Shown: positions 36,724 through 46,270, counted from the stretch's first letter. The stretch: DNA of 58,382 bases from a virus (IMGVR_UViG_3300036792_000539:1-58382), one strand, 5' to 3'. A program made the numbers and translations. The notes: generated by a model from the sequence alone, not told the origin.

Positions 36724-38091
36724 TTATTTTTTGTCCATCGGACGGAACCAATCCATGAAGTTGTTGCAGAAATACCGGAACGTATCGAGGGCATCGGATT
36801 GCTGCGCCGGATCATTCCGGTCCTCTTTGACGATCGTACCATCCGCGCGCTTTTTGACATTTTGCATATCGAAAATTAGCGGAGCCGCCTTTTCCTCATC
36901 GATGGTGACTTTATAAAAGGCTAGCACGCAGTTGACATGCGTCTGGTTCTTTTGTAGCCGCGGATTAGGCTTTACTTTTAGCTGGCCGGGCGACAGCCGG
37001 AGGTATTGCTGGATCAGCTTATAATGCGTCACCTGTTCGGCGAAGAGAGACGTTTCGTTATTGCCGGAATAGTCACCCGTAACGATGTACAAGCAACCGG
37101 GATAGAAGACCAGGACGTGGGCACATACCGCGTCGACCCCGGATTTGGGAATCTTGAAGACCTGCAGCACATAGATCCGGCCGCCGTAATGCTGGATCAC
37201 CGCACAGCACATGGGATTGCGGTTGAAGTCAAAGGACAGGTAAACCGGCTCTTTGGGGTTGAGCTGACAGTGGCCGACATGCTTGCTTCGATCGAACGCG
37301 AATGCCCAGGGAGCATCATTCGCCTGGTTGCCCCAAAGCCCCAGTGTATAGACTTGGTACCAATAATAATTAGTATTCTTGAGCGACTCGTGGAAAGCGA
37401 TACGTTGGGGCGAGACATAGGGATTATCGACATAGGTGACGTGCGTCGCCCGGTAGGTGACCTGGACCGGATTGCCTTCCTTATCCTTCATCGGTTGGCC
37501 GGTCTTGGGGTCATTGATTACCATTGCGCCGGTAAAATTCAGCTGTCCCTCGTATGCCGCAAAGAACATCTTATAGAGCCAGAATTCCTTATAATCCGCA
37601 GTCAAGGCTTCCGGGTTGAGACTGAGCCAGACCTTGATCTTGCCATAATCCGACCGAAGGCCGGTAATGATCGTAATAAAGCCTTCTTCCGTCGTTTGGT
37701 TGGCTTCTTCGACCCATACCTTCGATGGATTCGTAAAGGACCGGAGTTTGCCCGGATCATCCAAGCCGCGAGTAGCAAAAGTTCCTCCGCTCCGGCATTC
37801 AATCCCGAGCGGCGACGTTTTGAACCGGAACAAGGGATCGACGCCCCATTGTTCGGCGTTATCCTTGATCATCTGCCACTGAGCGTCCTTGATGGATTCG
37901 TGCGTCTGCTTGATCAGGATGCACCGGAAATAGTCAGCGCCCATGCAGTCCTCGGTCAGGATCTGGGCGATGAACTTCGACTTTCCGCTATCGCGGCCGC
38001 CCCATAGGATTTCGATATCGATGTCATTGGGCTCCAGTAAGTGATGGAAGCATTCTAAATAGACGTCTTTATGGATCTCGACCTCGATCAT
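36724..38091 (-). CDS. terL: Terminase large subunit (PBSX-like)
   Basis: Walker A GGRDSGKS, Walker B VWVEEA, SLNP, YTLGLWG, and nuclease motifs SFDFN and DALDTFRY. Confidence 0.95.
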   Translation of the reverse strand: MIEVEIHKDVYLECFHHLLEPNDIDIEILWGGRDSGKSKFIAQILTEDCMGADYFRCILIKQTHESIKDAQWQMIKDNAEQWGVDPLFRFKTSPLGIECRSGGTFATRGLDDPGKLRSFTNPSKVWVEEANQTTEEGFITIITGLRSDYGKIKVWLSLNPEALTADYKEFWLYKMFFAAYEGQLNFTGAMVINDPKTGQPMKDKEGNPVQVTYRATHVTYVDNPYVSPQRIAFHESLKNTNYYWYQVYTLGLWGNQANDAPWAFAFDRSKHVGHCQLNPKEPVYLSFDFNRNPMCCAVIQHYGGRIYVLQVFKIPKSGVDAVCAHVLVFYPGCLYIVTGDYSGNNETSLFAEQVTHYKLIQQYLRLSPGQLKVKPNPRLQKNQTHVNCVLAFYKVTIDEEKAAPLIFDMQNVKKRADGTIVKEDRNDPAQQSDALDTFRYFCNNFMDWFRPMDKK

Positions 38092-38513
38092 TCCTTTACC
38101 GGCAGCTCCTCGCCGGTAAGTGCGAAATATAGGTTTTGCAGCTGATGGACTGCTTTCAATTCGATGCCGGCAAAGCCATATTCATGCTCATCGGGCCCAC
38201 CGTCCAGCAAAAGATGAAATTTGCCGGTATCCCTTTGTCGAATTACGCTCATATTATTATAGAACAATTTACCCACGGCGTCTCCGACAGATGGTTCCCA
38301 GTTTTCTTCTACAGTTTCAAATCCTATTTTTTCCAGCCATTCCTCCGAAAGGGGCACCGGATCAAGCTGCTCGGGAGAATAGTCGTAACCCGGAGAAAAG
38401 GACATGGTAATATCAGCATCCCCATCTTCGCAGACGGTGAGGGAAGTAACCGATCCGGTCAGGTTCGCCACCGTAGCGATATTGCCAATGCGGAGCTCTC
38501 TCCCATTTATCAT
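38088..38513 (-). CDS. Phage hypothetical protein
   Basis: ELRIGN...PVPLSEEWLEKIGF...VHQLQNLYFALTGEEL, a pattern I recognise from Bacteroidota phages. Confidence 0.75.
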   Translation of the reverse strand: MINGRELRIGNIATVANLTGSVTSLTVCEDGDADITMSFSPGYDYSPEQLDPVPLSEEWLEKIGFETVEENWEPSVGDAVGKLFYNNMSVIRQRDTGKFHLLLDGGPDEHEYGFAGIELKAVHQLQNLYFALTGEELPVKE

Positions 38514-38538
38514 AAATCGTTAATTTTTTTGGTTTATC

Positions 38539-39093
38539 CTACTTTCTTTTTACGCTGATCTTCAACACCTTTTGCTGATTGTCCTTCTCGAAGCCGCCGA
38601 GATGGCGGATCAGATCCACTCCGGATGCCCTTTTATCCACGAATTTTAACTCGACGCTTTTAACCGGCCGGCCATCTGGGTCATACCGCTCAGTCGTTTT
38701 AATCCCCACCACAGGCTTCAACAGCTCCCTGGGCAGTGTAGTAAGATCGAGAATAGTGTTGCCGGCGCCGACAAAATCTTTGATTGACCAGAAGGTAAAG
38801 CGCTTCATCTCATTGATTAAAGAATCCAGTGAAAGATCCGCCCTTATAAGGGCTTCGTTTCGCAACTGGTCGATCCGGTCCCTAATTTTAGGATTTCTCA
38901 ATAGTTCGTGGCCGATAGCGCCGGCTGTCTTCTTAGAATAACCAGACCGTATAGCTGCTTGAGTATCATTCATATCGATCAGCCACTCGTGGCAGAAAAG
39001 TTCTTGTTTGGCCGTGAAGGCAATTGCATTTTTACCGGGGCTCTTCGGAGGTTTGCGCGTAATGGCCTTTTTCAACGATTTGGGGGCTGTCAT
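38539..39093 (-). CDS. terS: Terminase small subunit
   Basis: KQELFCHEWLIDMNDTQAAIRSGYSKKTAGAIGHELLRNPKI HTH signature. Confidence 0.93.
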   Translation of the reverse strand: MTAPKSLKKAITRKPPKSPGKNAIAFTAKQELFCHEWLIDMNDTQAAIRSGYSKKTAGAIGHELLRNPKIRDRIDQLRNEALIRADLSLDSLINEMKRFTFWSIKDFVGAGNTILDLTTLPRELLKPVVGIKTTERYDPDGRPVKSVELKFVDKRASGVDLIRHLGGFEKDNQQKVLKISVKRK

Positions 39094-39130
39094 GCCATAA
39101 AGCTAAAAATAAACTTTGGGTTCGAAAAGC

Positions 39131-39370
39131 CTACTTCGGGAATAGTTCGGACGGATCAATTTTAAAGGCGTGGCAGAAGTTGTAGAATTGCTCCAGGGTA
39201 AAGGTAAATGTGGGATCCCGCTCGATTCGGTAGATGCAATTACGGTTCATGCCTATGCGGTCGGCGATTTGCCGCCGGTTTTTGACCACATCGTCGGCAA
39301 TAAGCAATTTCATTCGTCGGATCATGTTTTCGGTGATGATCCGATGGGGCGGGGTTGACCGTTTTACCAT
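39131..39370 (-). CDS. Helix-turn-helix (Cro/XRE-like) protein
   Basis: RRQIADRIGMNRNCIYRIE...FCHAFKIDPSELF. Confidence 0.75.
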   Translation of the reverse strand: MVKRSTPPHRIITENMIRRMKLLIADDVVKNRRQIADRIGMNRNCIYRIERDPTFTFTLEQFYNFCHAFKIDPSELFPK

Positions 39371-39467
39371 TAGCAGCCTTTGAGGGCGTACAAGATAATA
39401 CCGGAAGTTGGAAAAACCTACTCGGATGGGGAAATCGTGGGGATAATTGGAGATGGTCGCGCCGGCG

Positions 39468-39647
39468 CTATTTATCCCTCTTTTCTACATAATCGACACC
39501 GTCAGGCCAGATAACCCAGTTACTGCCATCGGGTTGTTTGATCAGAAAACATAGCCCATTCCACTTGTCATCCGCCCAGACGCCCACCCCTAGGAATTTC
39601 CCATCCTTAAAAATCAAATAGGTGATGCCAATAGTCGGAGCGCTCAT
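39468..39647 (-). CDS. Small hypothetical protein (59 aa, below the ORF-track cutoff)
   Basis: Translated by hand: MSAPTIGITYLIFKDGKFLGVGVWADDKWNGLCFLIKQPDGSNWVIWPDGVDYVEKRDK. Confidence 0.45.
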   Translation of the reverse strand: MSAPTIGITYLIFKDGKFLGVGVWADDKWNGLCFLIKQPDGSNWVIWPDGVDYVEKRDK

Positions 39648-39667
39648 TGCCTTAAATATCGTTTTTG

Positions 39668-39700
39668 AAACAAAAGCGGCGGTGCCAACCGCCGCCTTGT
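39668..39700 (-). terminator. Intrinsic terminator ending the early operon
   Basis: Minus-strand hairpin GCGGCGG-ttggca-CCGCCGC followed by TTTTGTTT. Confidence 0.6.
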
Positions 39701-39784
39701 CTTTGCTTTCATTCGTAATTTGATATTTTCTGCCTGCATCTGTGCGGTCGAGGCGGCCCCCGATTGAGTTCTTCAGTTAGCCTA

Positions 39785-40150
39785 TTAAAGTTCATGGTCT
39801 TCCTCCTCTTCATTGCCAGCTTCTCCAGCCAGGGCTTTTCCAACGCCATCAGATGTGGGAAGGGCCGGCATATGCTTTTTGACCAGCTCTTGAATATCCC
39901 AAATCTGAACGGGCTTGACGTGAAGCTGGCCCGCAATATGCCGGGCTGTTTCTTCATCTACGGGGTTGAGGGCATAGATGGCAGTGGATCCGAAAAAGCG
40001 AGTAAATGATGGGGCGTCTTTCGTTTCCGGGACGTCAACGCGGAGCATGTTTGCGCCGGCAATATTTTGCTCGGTACAAAAACCGGCGATGCGGGCATGC
40101 CCGAAGAGCTCGACCAGGCACCAGGCGCTAAATGTTGGTAATGTGTTCAT
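39785..40150 (-). CDS. Phage hypothetical protein
   Basis: WCLVELFGHARIAG...MLRVDVPE...FTRFFGSTAIYALNPVDEETAR. Confidence 0.75.
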   Translation of the reverse strand: MNTLPTFSAWCLVELFGHARIAGFCTEQNIAGANMLRVDVPETKDAPSFTRFFGSTAIYALNPVDEETARHIAGQLHVKPVQIWDIQELVKKHMPALPTSDGVGKALAGEAGNEEEEDHEL

Positions 40151-40166
40151 ATCGATCTTTTAAAGT

Positions 40167-40568
40167 TTACCAAATTGGTTCATATACATACCGGAAGCCC
40201 TGGAAGCCGCGCATCGGGATCTTGCGGGGTGCCTTTTCGAAAGGTCCAGCCATCAGTATGCGCGGCCAGGTAATAATACTGCGGCTCGACCAAGAATGCC
40301 CGTTGCCATTGAATGCTGCCGTCGCACCGGTTTGATAGCCGGCATAAAATAACCGGTATCTGACCTTGTTGCAGACAATCACGTATACCTGGGCCACGTC
40401 TTGCTGTGGACAGTTTTTGCTCTTCTGCATCCAGATTCCTTCCTCATCCGCCATGGTCAATTCGAAATAACGGATGAAGGCGAGTAAGCCACCTTTCTGG
40501 ATGATCATATCCCTGCCCCAGGTAACAATGATGCCGATCGATGGTAGTCCTCCATAGCTAATGTTCAT
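40167..40568 (-). CDS. Hypothetical protein
   Basis: Overlap-coupled ORF ending MRGFQGFRY. Confidence 0.65.
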   Translation of the reverse strand: MNISYGGLPSIGIIVTWGRDMIIQKGGLLAFIRYFELTMADEEGIWMQKSKNCPQQDVAQVYVIVCNKVRYRLFYAGYQTGATAAFNGNGHSWSSRSIITWPRILMAGPFEKAPRKIPMRGFQGFRYVYEPIW

Positions 40569-40885
40569 GGTTGCTTGATTAATAGTTCAATAACGTCGAT
40601 CCAACCTCTTTCAAAATCCTCATGCGTCCAAGTCTTGCATTCCGGCAGCCCGCGTAGGAAGTTTCGAATTTGCATTCCCTCCCGCAAGTGGATTGGATGA
40701 ACAGGGATTTTTTTCTTTTGAAAGTTCAGCCGAAGTATGACATTGATGCCACCTTTGAGCCCCTTTACATGCCGAAACCACCTGATATTTTCCTTGCCTA
40801 TAAAGGCGGCGACCTTTTCAATAATGCTTTGCTGGATTTCCATATCAATTTTCCTCCGGCGTTTTAAAATCATTTTTCTCTTCAA
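40565..40885 (-). CDS. Hypothetical protein (start possibly 40843)
   Basis: HPIHLREGMQIRNFLR core; coupled in the operon. Confidence 0.6.
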   Translation of the reverse strand: MKRKMILKRRRKIDMEIQQSIIEKVAAFIGKENIRWFRHVKGLKGGINVILRLNFQKKKIPVHPIHLREGMQIRNFLRGLPECKTWTHEDFERGWIDVIELLIKQP

Positions 40886-41066
40886 GGATTGTGATGGTTT
40901 CTTTTAGGGCTAAGATCATGTCCTGGCGCTTGGCATTGGAGAGGTAATTTGCAATTCCCGGATGATGGAATTCAAAGACTACTATAGCGAAGCCGAGACT
41001 TGGGATTTCCCGAGCGATCTTTTTTCCCAGTTTTCTCATGGCGGCAGCTCCGATTTGTTGACTCAT
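40845..41066 (-). CDS. Hypothetical protein
   Basis: GFAIVVF...NYLSNAKRQDMILALKE pattern. Confidence 0.65.
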   Translation of the reverse strand: MSQQIGAAAMRKLGKKIAREIPSLGFAIVVFEFHHPGIANYLSNAKRQDMILALKETITILEEKNDFKTPEEN

Positions 41067-41079
41067 ATTATTGCTATGT

Positions 41080-41352
41080 TTATTGAGTTAAAGAATCCGG
41101 TACCGGGATCTGCGAATGGTTCTCCAGGGTGCTGTCCCACGGGTAAAAAGTACCGGTCAACGGGCCTGGTTCCCAGCAGAGGGTCGTACATACACCGATC
41201 GCGCCGACGAGCATGACGGCCAGTAGGATGATCAAAACGATTGTCCGGTCGGTGAAGCGAGGCCGAGCCGAGGCCCGCCGGCTTCGGATCGTAAATTCCT
41301 GGGTGCGGTCGTCCCACCAGGCCTGTTCATTATCTTTCAGTTTAGGTATCAT
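41080..41352 (-). CDS. Small single-TM protein
   Basis: TIVLIILLAVMLVGAIGVC helix. Confidence 0.55.
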   Translation of the reverse strand: MIPKLKDNEQAWWDDRTQEFTIRSRRASARPRFTDRTIVLIILLAVMLVGAIGVCTTLCWEPGPLTGTFYPWDSTLENHSQIPVPDSLTQ

Positions 41353-41363
41353 AATTGGTTGAT

Positions 41364-43112
41364 TTATAAAAGTTCGAGTAATTCGGGATTGAAACGGATC
41401 TTGCCGGCTTCCCTCTCGATCAGCTCGAGCGTCGACAGCCGGGAAAGAGCGTTCTGGAAGGTGCTGGAATTGACCGAATAACCGGTAGCTGTGCGCGCCG
41501 CGATCTCGTCCTTGCTAAGCAGCTGGTCCGGAGTGGCAAGGATCACTTCATAGAGCTCCTTTTCACATTTGCCCAGGTTCGTGGAAAATGTGTGCGCATT
41601 AAATTTGTGCTCGAAGACCGGACCAACAAGGGAAAGGATCTCCTGCCACGCCTCCTGGTTATAAGTGATCCGATCGCCGCGAACGATCAGGCCACGGGTA
41701 TTCAGCTCCGAAAGCGCATTTTGAAAAGTGCTTGAGTTCACGGAATATCCGGTGGCCACGCTTATCTGCACCTTGGTGAATTTCCTATTGTCGAAGCCGG
41801 CCAGGAAAGAAAGGATCGCGCGGGCGCACTTGCCGAGTTTATCGCCATCCGGCACATTTTTATCAGGTTTCGGTACGGGTTTTTCGGATTTCGGCTCATT
41901 CTTAGCGCGAATCGGCTCACGTTTCGAAGGGATCGTCTCGCCTGCAGGCGTCGGAATGGCTGATATCGTCAATGGCACCGCCAGCTTGCTGATCCGGCCC
42001 ATGCGGTTGTTCAGCTCATGGATCACATCTGTCAGTTCCTTGATCTTTTTATTGCCTTCCTGGATGAGTTTCTTGAAATGGTCGGTCGTATCGGCACGTG
42101 CTTTATCAGCAGCCCGGTCGACGGCCATCTGAACCTGCTTTTCATTGAAATGCGGATAGGTCGGTGCAGCTGCCGCCGGCGCCTTCTTCGTCTTCGCCAA
42201 CTCTCCTGTCAGCCGCTTCACCTCCACTTGGAGGCTTGCGATATCCTTCAGCTCCTTCTCCGCGTCCTTCGGCAACAGGGACAATTTCGACAGTGCCGCC
42301 ATCACTTTATCGGTCGGTTTCTTCGGTTTGATATCGAGAGCCATGCCGAATTTCGGAATAGTAGTCTCACAAAGGCCGATTGTTACCTCATGGACATGAT
42401 GAGGCTGAATACTGGTACCATAACAGTAAAAATGCCGCGGCTGTAGACCACGTAACGACAGCCGGGTGTATTGACTGGAGGAAGTAAAACCTAATTCCCG
42501 GGCAGCGCGGTCCATATCGATGTCGAGATTGGTACGGCCGACAAACTTGTTATTGCACTCGGCAGCTGCATCCTTATGGAGCTTGCTTATCCGCTGCGTC
42601 AGCAAAATCCCGCAATAGCCCATCTTCCTTCCACCGCTCATTAGATCGCGAACAGCAGGACCCGATTCCTGTTTATCTTGCTCTCCGCAGTACTTATGAG
42701 CCTCCTCGATAAACACAAAATATGGCTTCCAAAGCGTCTTGGGCAGCTCCATCATGGTCTCCAGAAAAATCTTGACGTATTCAATCCGCCCCTTCATCTT
42801 CATTTCGCTCGGATCTATCACGACCGAAAGTTGGTTAGATATGATTTCCCGGGGAAGTAGCCTGGCTGCTTGAAGACTGAGTGGTATGTCAGCTGCATGA
42901 CCGCCGATAACTATTACGTCAGACAGCTTTTCTTTCAACGTGTAGTATTCTCCGTCATAATCAATTACAATGAAAGGCACTATCCCATAGCATTTCTCCA
43001 TGATCTTGCGGGCAAGCCCGGATTTTCCGCCGCCGCTGTTGGCCTGGATCAGCAGCCTGCTGACCAGCAGATCCGCGAGATCGATTTCCGTGCCGATGTC
43101 TATTTTTTGCAT
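41364..43112 (-). CDS. HerA/FtsK-like P-loop ATPase (DUF87-like) with coiled coil and tandem winged-helix-like C-terminal repeats
   Basis: Walker A ANSGGGKS, IDYDGEY, Walker B FIEEAH, LLTQR; ATGYSVNSSTFQNALS occurs twice. Confidence 0.82.
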   Translation of the reverse strand: MQKIDIGTEIDLADLLVSRLLIQANSGGGKSGLARKIMEKCYGIVPFIVIDYDGEYYTLKEKLSDVIVIGGHAADIPLSLQAARLLPREIISNQLSVVIDPSEMKMKGRIEYVKIFLETMMELPKTLWKPYFVFIEEAHKYCGEQDKQESGPAVRDLMSGGRKMGYCGILLTQRISKLHKDAAAECNNKFVGRTNLDIDMDRAARELGFTSSSQYTRLSLRGLQPRHFYCYGTSIQPHHVHEVTIGLCETTIPKFGMALDIKPKKPTDKVMAALSKLSLLPKDAEKELKDIASLQVEVKRLTGELAKTKKAPAAAAPTYPHFNEKQVQMAVDRAADKARADTTDHFKKLIQEGNKKIKELTDVIHELNNRMGRISKLAVPLTISAIPTPAGETIPSKREPIRAKNEPKSEKPVPKPDKNVPDGDKLGKCARAILSFLAGFDNRKFTKVQISVATGYSVNSSTFQNALSELNTRGLIVRGDRITYNQEAWQEILSLVGPVFEHKFNAHTFSTNLGKCEKELYEVILATPDQLLSKDEIAARTATGYSVNSSTFQNALSRLSTLELIEREAGKIRFNPELLELL

Positions 43113-43423
43113 GTGTCTTGATTTCCGTATAATTCAATGATTTTCTGTAGTAAGGGTCGCATGTGCCACAGCAGACGGGCGGGGGCGCTGCCAGAGGAAT
43201 ATATTTGGATAGAATCTCTGTATCTCTTCAAAAAAGGCTCGAGCTCCTGTAGTTCGCGGCTGATCTTTTGATCCAGCGCTTCCTGGGCCATTTCCGTTCG
43301 CGCTTCCCAGACCGCCTTTTTCAAGGCGTCCATGATCCGGGGATGAAGAAATAGGTCCATTTGGTCGATGAACATCATCAGCTGGCCCATTTTTGTTTTC
43401 GGTGGCTGTTCCTTCTTTTTCAT
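43100..43423 (-). CDS. Hypothetical protein
   Basis: Overlap-coupled 107-aa ORF. Confidence 0.55.
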   Translation of the reverse strand: MKKKEQPPKTKMGQLMMFIDQMDLFLHPRIMDALKKAVWEARTEMAQEALDQKISRELQELEPFLKRYRDSIQIYSSGSAPARLLWHMRPLLQKIIELYGNQDTCKK

Positions 43424-43788
43424 TCCCCTGGAGTTTCATCTTTCCCTTCCTCCACACAGGCACTGCAGAGATCCGCTTCCACCCAATGGCAGGCGTTCCC
43501 AGTCTTTTCGATACACTGGCGGCAATCGTCATCCGTGCATCCGCACACCCGGCATTTGCGGACCGCCGGCACAAAGAGATTGTCGTTGTCGAATTCCAGG
43601 GCGATCCATTCTTTCGTCCCTTCCGGGATCTCCTCTCCGGCCATCTTGCTGATCGTGAATCCAGGGTAGATCCCATCGGAGCTCCCTTCTTCATCTGCTC
43701 CCCGTTCGTTGGCCGCCCAATCGAGGATCGCCACCTCTATCTCCGGGTCGAACTGCTGCAATTTTGCGATCAAGTCTTTGTTTTTCAT
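43420..43788 (-). CDS. Hypothetical protein with Cys-rich zinc-binding C-terminus
   Basis: CRVCGCTDDDCRQC...CHWVEADLCSAC. Confidence 0.7.
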   Translation of the reverse strand: MKNKDLIAKLQQFDPEIEVAILDWAANERGADEEGSSDGIYPGFTISKMAGEEIPEGTKEWIALEFDNDNLFVPAVRKCRVCGCTDDDCRQCIEKTGNACHWVEADLCSACVEEGKDETPGE

Positions 43789-43789
43789 C

Positions 43790-44182
43790 TCAGTAGTTTT
43801 TAAGAATGTAGTCAATACGTTCCTCCTGGCTCATGTTGCTATATATCGCCGGCGGTCGCTCCCATTGCCTCGGCGGATCCGGGGCGACATTTTTCAACTT
43901 TTCAGGTGGCAAGGGCGCCGGCTTTTCCTGCAGCTCGGCTTTCTGCCACTCCTCAGTCAGGGAATAGACAGCCGAATTGTCTTTTTGCACGGCAATTCCC
44001 CGGTTGATTAGGCTCCGGAGTACACGGACGCGCTTGATGTCCGTCGTGATTACAAAGAGCAGCTCCTGCATGGCGAGGATCTCCCGCCGTTGATCTTCTG
44101 TCAGATACCGGATATCAGTGTCCGGATGGAATTGTTGTCTCATCTTGCGTTTATTACAATTAAAAAAAGGGCGCTTCATCAT
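43790..44182 (-). CDS. Hypothetical protein
   Basis: Coupled ORF with RPPAIYSNMS motif. Confidence 0.55.
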   Translation of the reverse strand: MMKRPFFNCNKRKMRQQFHPDTDIRYLTEDQRREILAMQELLFVITTDIKRVRVLRSLINRGIAVQKDNSAVYSLTEEWQKAELQEKPAPLPPEKLKNVAPDPPRQWERPPAIYSNMSQEERIDYILKNY

Positions 44183-44402
44183 CCTCCATTTTCGAGGGGA
44201 CCGTCAGACAAAAGCTCACCTGATCTCCGGGGATCAAAAGCCGGTCTATTTCCCGCTCCAGGATAGCGACCATTCCCTGGATCTGCTTTTGCCGGTATTC
44301 ATGCTCGTCTCGCAGCGGGATGCGCCGGTCCCTTTTCATCAGCTCCGGTGCTATCCGGGCACGCAGTAATACCTCCCCGCGGACCAGCACCTCAATAACC
44401 AT
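44160..44402 (-). CDS. Hypothetical protein
   Basis: 80-aa coupled ORF. Confidence 0.55.
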   Translation of the reverse strand: MVIEVLVRGEVLLRARIAPELMKRDRRIPLRDEHEYRQKQIQGMVAILEREIDRLLIPGDQVSFCLTVPSKMEDDEAPFF

Positions 44403-44841
44403 AGACCAGCATTGCGGCGTCCATGGAATGCGAGGTCACCGGGGCGCTCCAGCCGGTCAACCGCTCAAAGGCATTTACCTTCAGTTTCGTGATCGATTTG
44501 ACCGGCCGAACCATTTGAAAATCGATGCCCAGGCCAAGGAGGAAATCTTCCCAAACTTTAGCATCTCGCTTGACCGACCCCGCTCCTTGCGCTTTATAGG
44601 CATCTTTTTGTCTCCGGAATTTAGCTTGCCGGGCATCCTCCACCCTAACCAGGATCCGGGGGGACATTGCCCAATCCGCTACCCGCTGCATGGCCTCATG
44701 GATCAGCAAGGTGCGGACGCTGAGGAGTCGCTTTCCCGGCACCTGGTAGACGGCATAACCCGTCTTTACCCCGGTATCGATGCCGATCCAAAACCAGTAT
44801 TTCGTGCGGTCAAGGCCGGTTAAAGATTCGATTTTTGCCAT
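44392..44841 (-). CDS. RuvC-like (RNase H fold) Holliday junction resolvase-like nuclease
   Basis: IGIDTGVKTGYAV, VRVED, GAGSVKRD and HSMDAAML; follows the replication initiator. Confidence 0.78.
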   Translation of the reverse strand: MAKIESLTGLDRTKYWFWIGIDTGVKTGYAVYQVPGKRLLSVRTLLIHEAMQRVADWAMSPRILVRVEDARQAKFRRQKDAYKAQGAGSVKRDAKVWEDFLLGLGIDFQMVRPVKSITKLKVNAFERLTGWSAPVTSHSMDAAMLVYGY

Positions 44842-46018
44842 TTGTTTTCAATTGTTTAAAAATTTCCAGCACTCCGAATGCCCGAATCAGCGCATCCTCA
44901 ATCGCCGGCCCCTGCAGTCCTTTTTCCGTCATATGAGCCCTCGCCATCTTCCAGAGTACTTCATTCCAGCCAGATATGTAGTAATGCAGCTCCTCTGCCT
45001 TGAGCGCAGCAAAATGCTCATCAGTAATCGAGGTGACAGTCACTTGCTCCGGATTGGCGCACCACTGGCTGTAGATGCTATTCACCTCCTCCTGGATCTT
45101 CGCCAGCGGCGGCCCTTTTGGCGCAGCGGCCGCTGGCGCGGTGGCTCCTGATTTTTTCCATCGCACATCGTTATCCTCCCATTTTACCAGCCGAAGCTCG
45201 AGTACCCATGTTTCCTCCAGCTCCCACTTCATTTTCGTCCGCGACTTGTTGGCCTCCCGCCAGTAGTCGTAAAAAGCCCGGATCATTTCTTTTCCATAGG
45301 TCGACAGGTGGGGGACCAGGCTTTGGTAAAATTCCTTTTCCCGTTCGAGCATAGCCAGTTGCTTTTCTTCCGTCTTATTCCGTGGGGGGGGCAAAGGCGC
45401 GTCAGCGCCTCCTTCCCCCTCCCCTTTTTTCTCTTTATTATCCTTATTTATATTTGTTCCCTGACTGTTCCCTGACTGTTCCCTGACTGTGTCATTCTGT
45501 GTCCCTTTTGCTGTACCCGCACTCTCATCTAATCCTTTGCTGTCCTGCGTTTCACTGTCCCTTTTGCTACACCTTTTGTTTTTTTCCGGCTGTTCCTTCT
45601 GCGTCCCGTCATTTTGATCTAATCCAGTGCCATTGCGGGTTTTGCTATCCCTTTTGCTTCCCATATCATTTTCCGTTCTTCCGATCGAATTATACCTTTC
45701 GAAGTTCACGAGTGAGAGTTTCGTGACACCACCTTCTTTGCCGACGACGACCATCTCTTGGCTACGCAATACTTCAACAAAGTCACACGTTTTATGGATC
45801 GACCAGTTCCACCGGCTCGCTATCCACCTGATGGAGGCGACAATTTCTCCCCGGTTGCGGGTGATCGCCTTTCCTTTAATCAGCTCCGTTTGACCGTCCA
45901 CAAAGGACGCCAGTTGAATTAAGTCCAGCCAGGCCTCGAATCGACTGAACACTCTGTGTTCATTGTAAAGAAAATGCTCGAATAGGGTTCTTCTGATCGG
46001 TATAAATCCTTTGCTCAT
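44810..46018 (-). CDS. Phage replication initiator (replisome organiser)
   Basis: MSKGFIPIRR...EAWLDLI...RGEIVASIRWIASRWNWS wHTH, low-complexity linker, and FYDYW..N...KMKWE C-terminal domain. Confidence 0.82.
   Translation of the reverse strand: MSKGFIPIRRTLFEHFLYNEHRVFSRFEAWLDLIQLASFVDGQTELIKGKAITRNRGEIVASIRWIASRWNWSIHKTCDFVEVLRSQEMVVVGKEGGVTKLSLVNFERYNSIGRTENDMGSKRDSKTRNGTGLDQNDGTQKEQPEKNKRCSKRDSETQDSKGLDESAGTAKGTQNDTVREQSGNSQGTNINKDNKEKKGEGEGGADAPLPPPRNKTEEKQLAMLEREKEFYQSLVPHLSTYGKEMIRAFYDYWREANKSRTKMKWELEETWVLELRLVKWEDNDVRWKKSGATAPAAAAPKGPPLAKIQEEVNSIYSQWCANPEQVTVTSITDEHFAALKAEELHYYISGWNEVLWKMARAHMTEKGLQGPAIEDALIRAFGVLEIFKQLKTNGKNRIFNRP
45421..45662. repeat. Iteron-like repeats plus AT-rich tract inside the initiator gene (candidate origin)
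   Basis: TGTTCCCTGAC x3 in tandem (45455-45487); CCCTTTTGCT x3 (~45503, ~45559, ~45648); AT-rich stretch ~45425-45454. Confidence 0.7.
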
Positions 46019-46054
46019 CCGATTGTGAGGATTTTAGCGGGCACGGATTAAAAC

Positions 46055-46270
46055 CTAAGCCTCTGTATCGGCTGTCTTCAGTTCCGGCACGAGGGCCGGC
46101 AGCTGCGCAATAAGTCGGTCCAGATCTGCTTCACGCCGTTTGGCCTCGGCATAATGGGCTTGTTTCATTTTGGATTCCTTCGGCTCCCGGCACGCGTAGT
46201 AAGCCTTCTGCGCCTCCCGGCATTTTTTGGCCGTTCTATACACCTGCTTTAGAACATATACTGCATCCAT
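46055..46270 (-). CDS. Small helical hypothetical protein
   Basis: CREAQKAYY...AKRREADLDR pattern. Confidence 0.65.
   Translation of the reverse strand: MDAVYVLKQVYRTAKKCREAQKAYYACREPKESKMKQAHYAEAKRREADLDRLIAQLPALVPELKTADTEA

Noticed and set aside
45455-45487. 11-bp tandem repeats as a CRISPR array
   Set aside because: No spacers, repeats too short and no cas genes; iterons explain them better.
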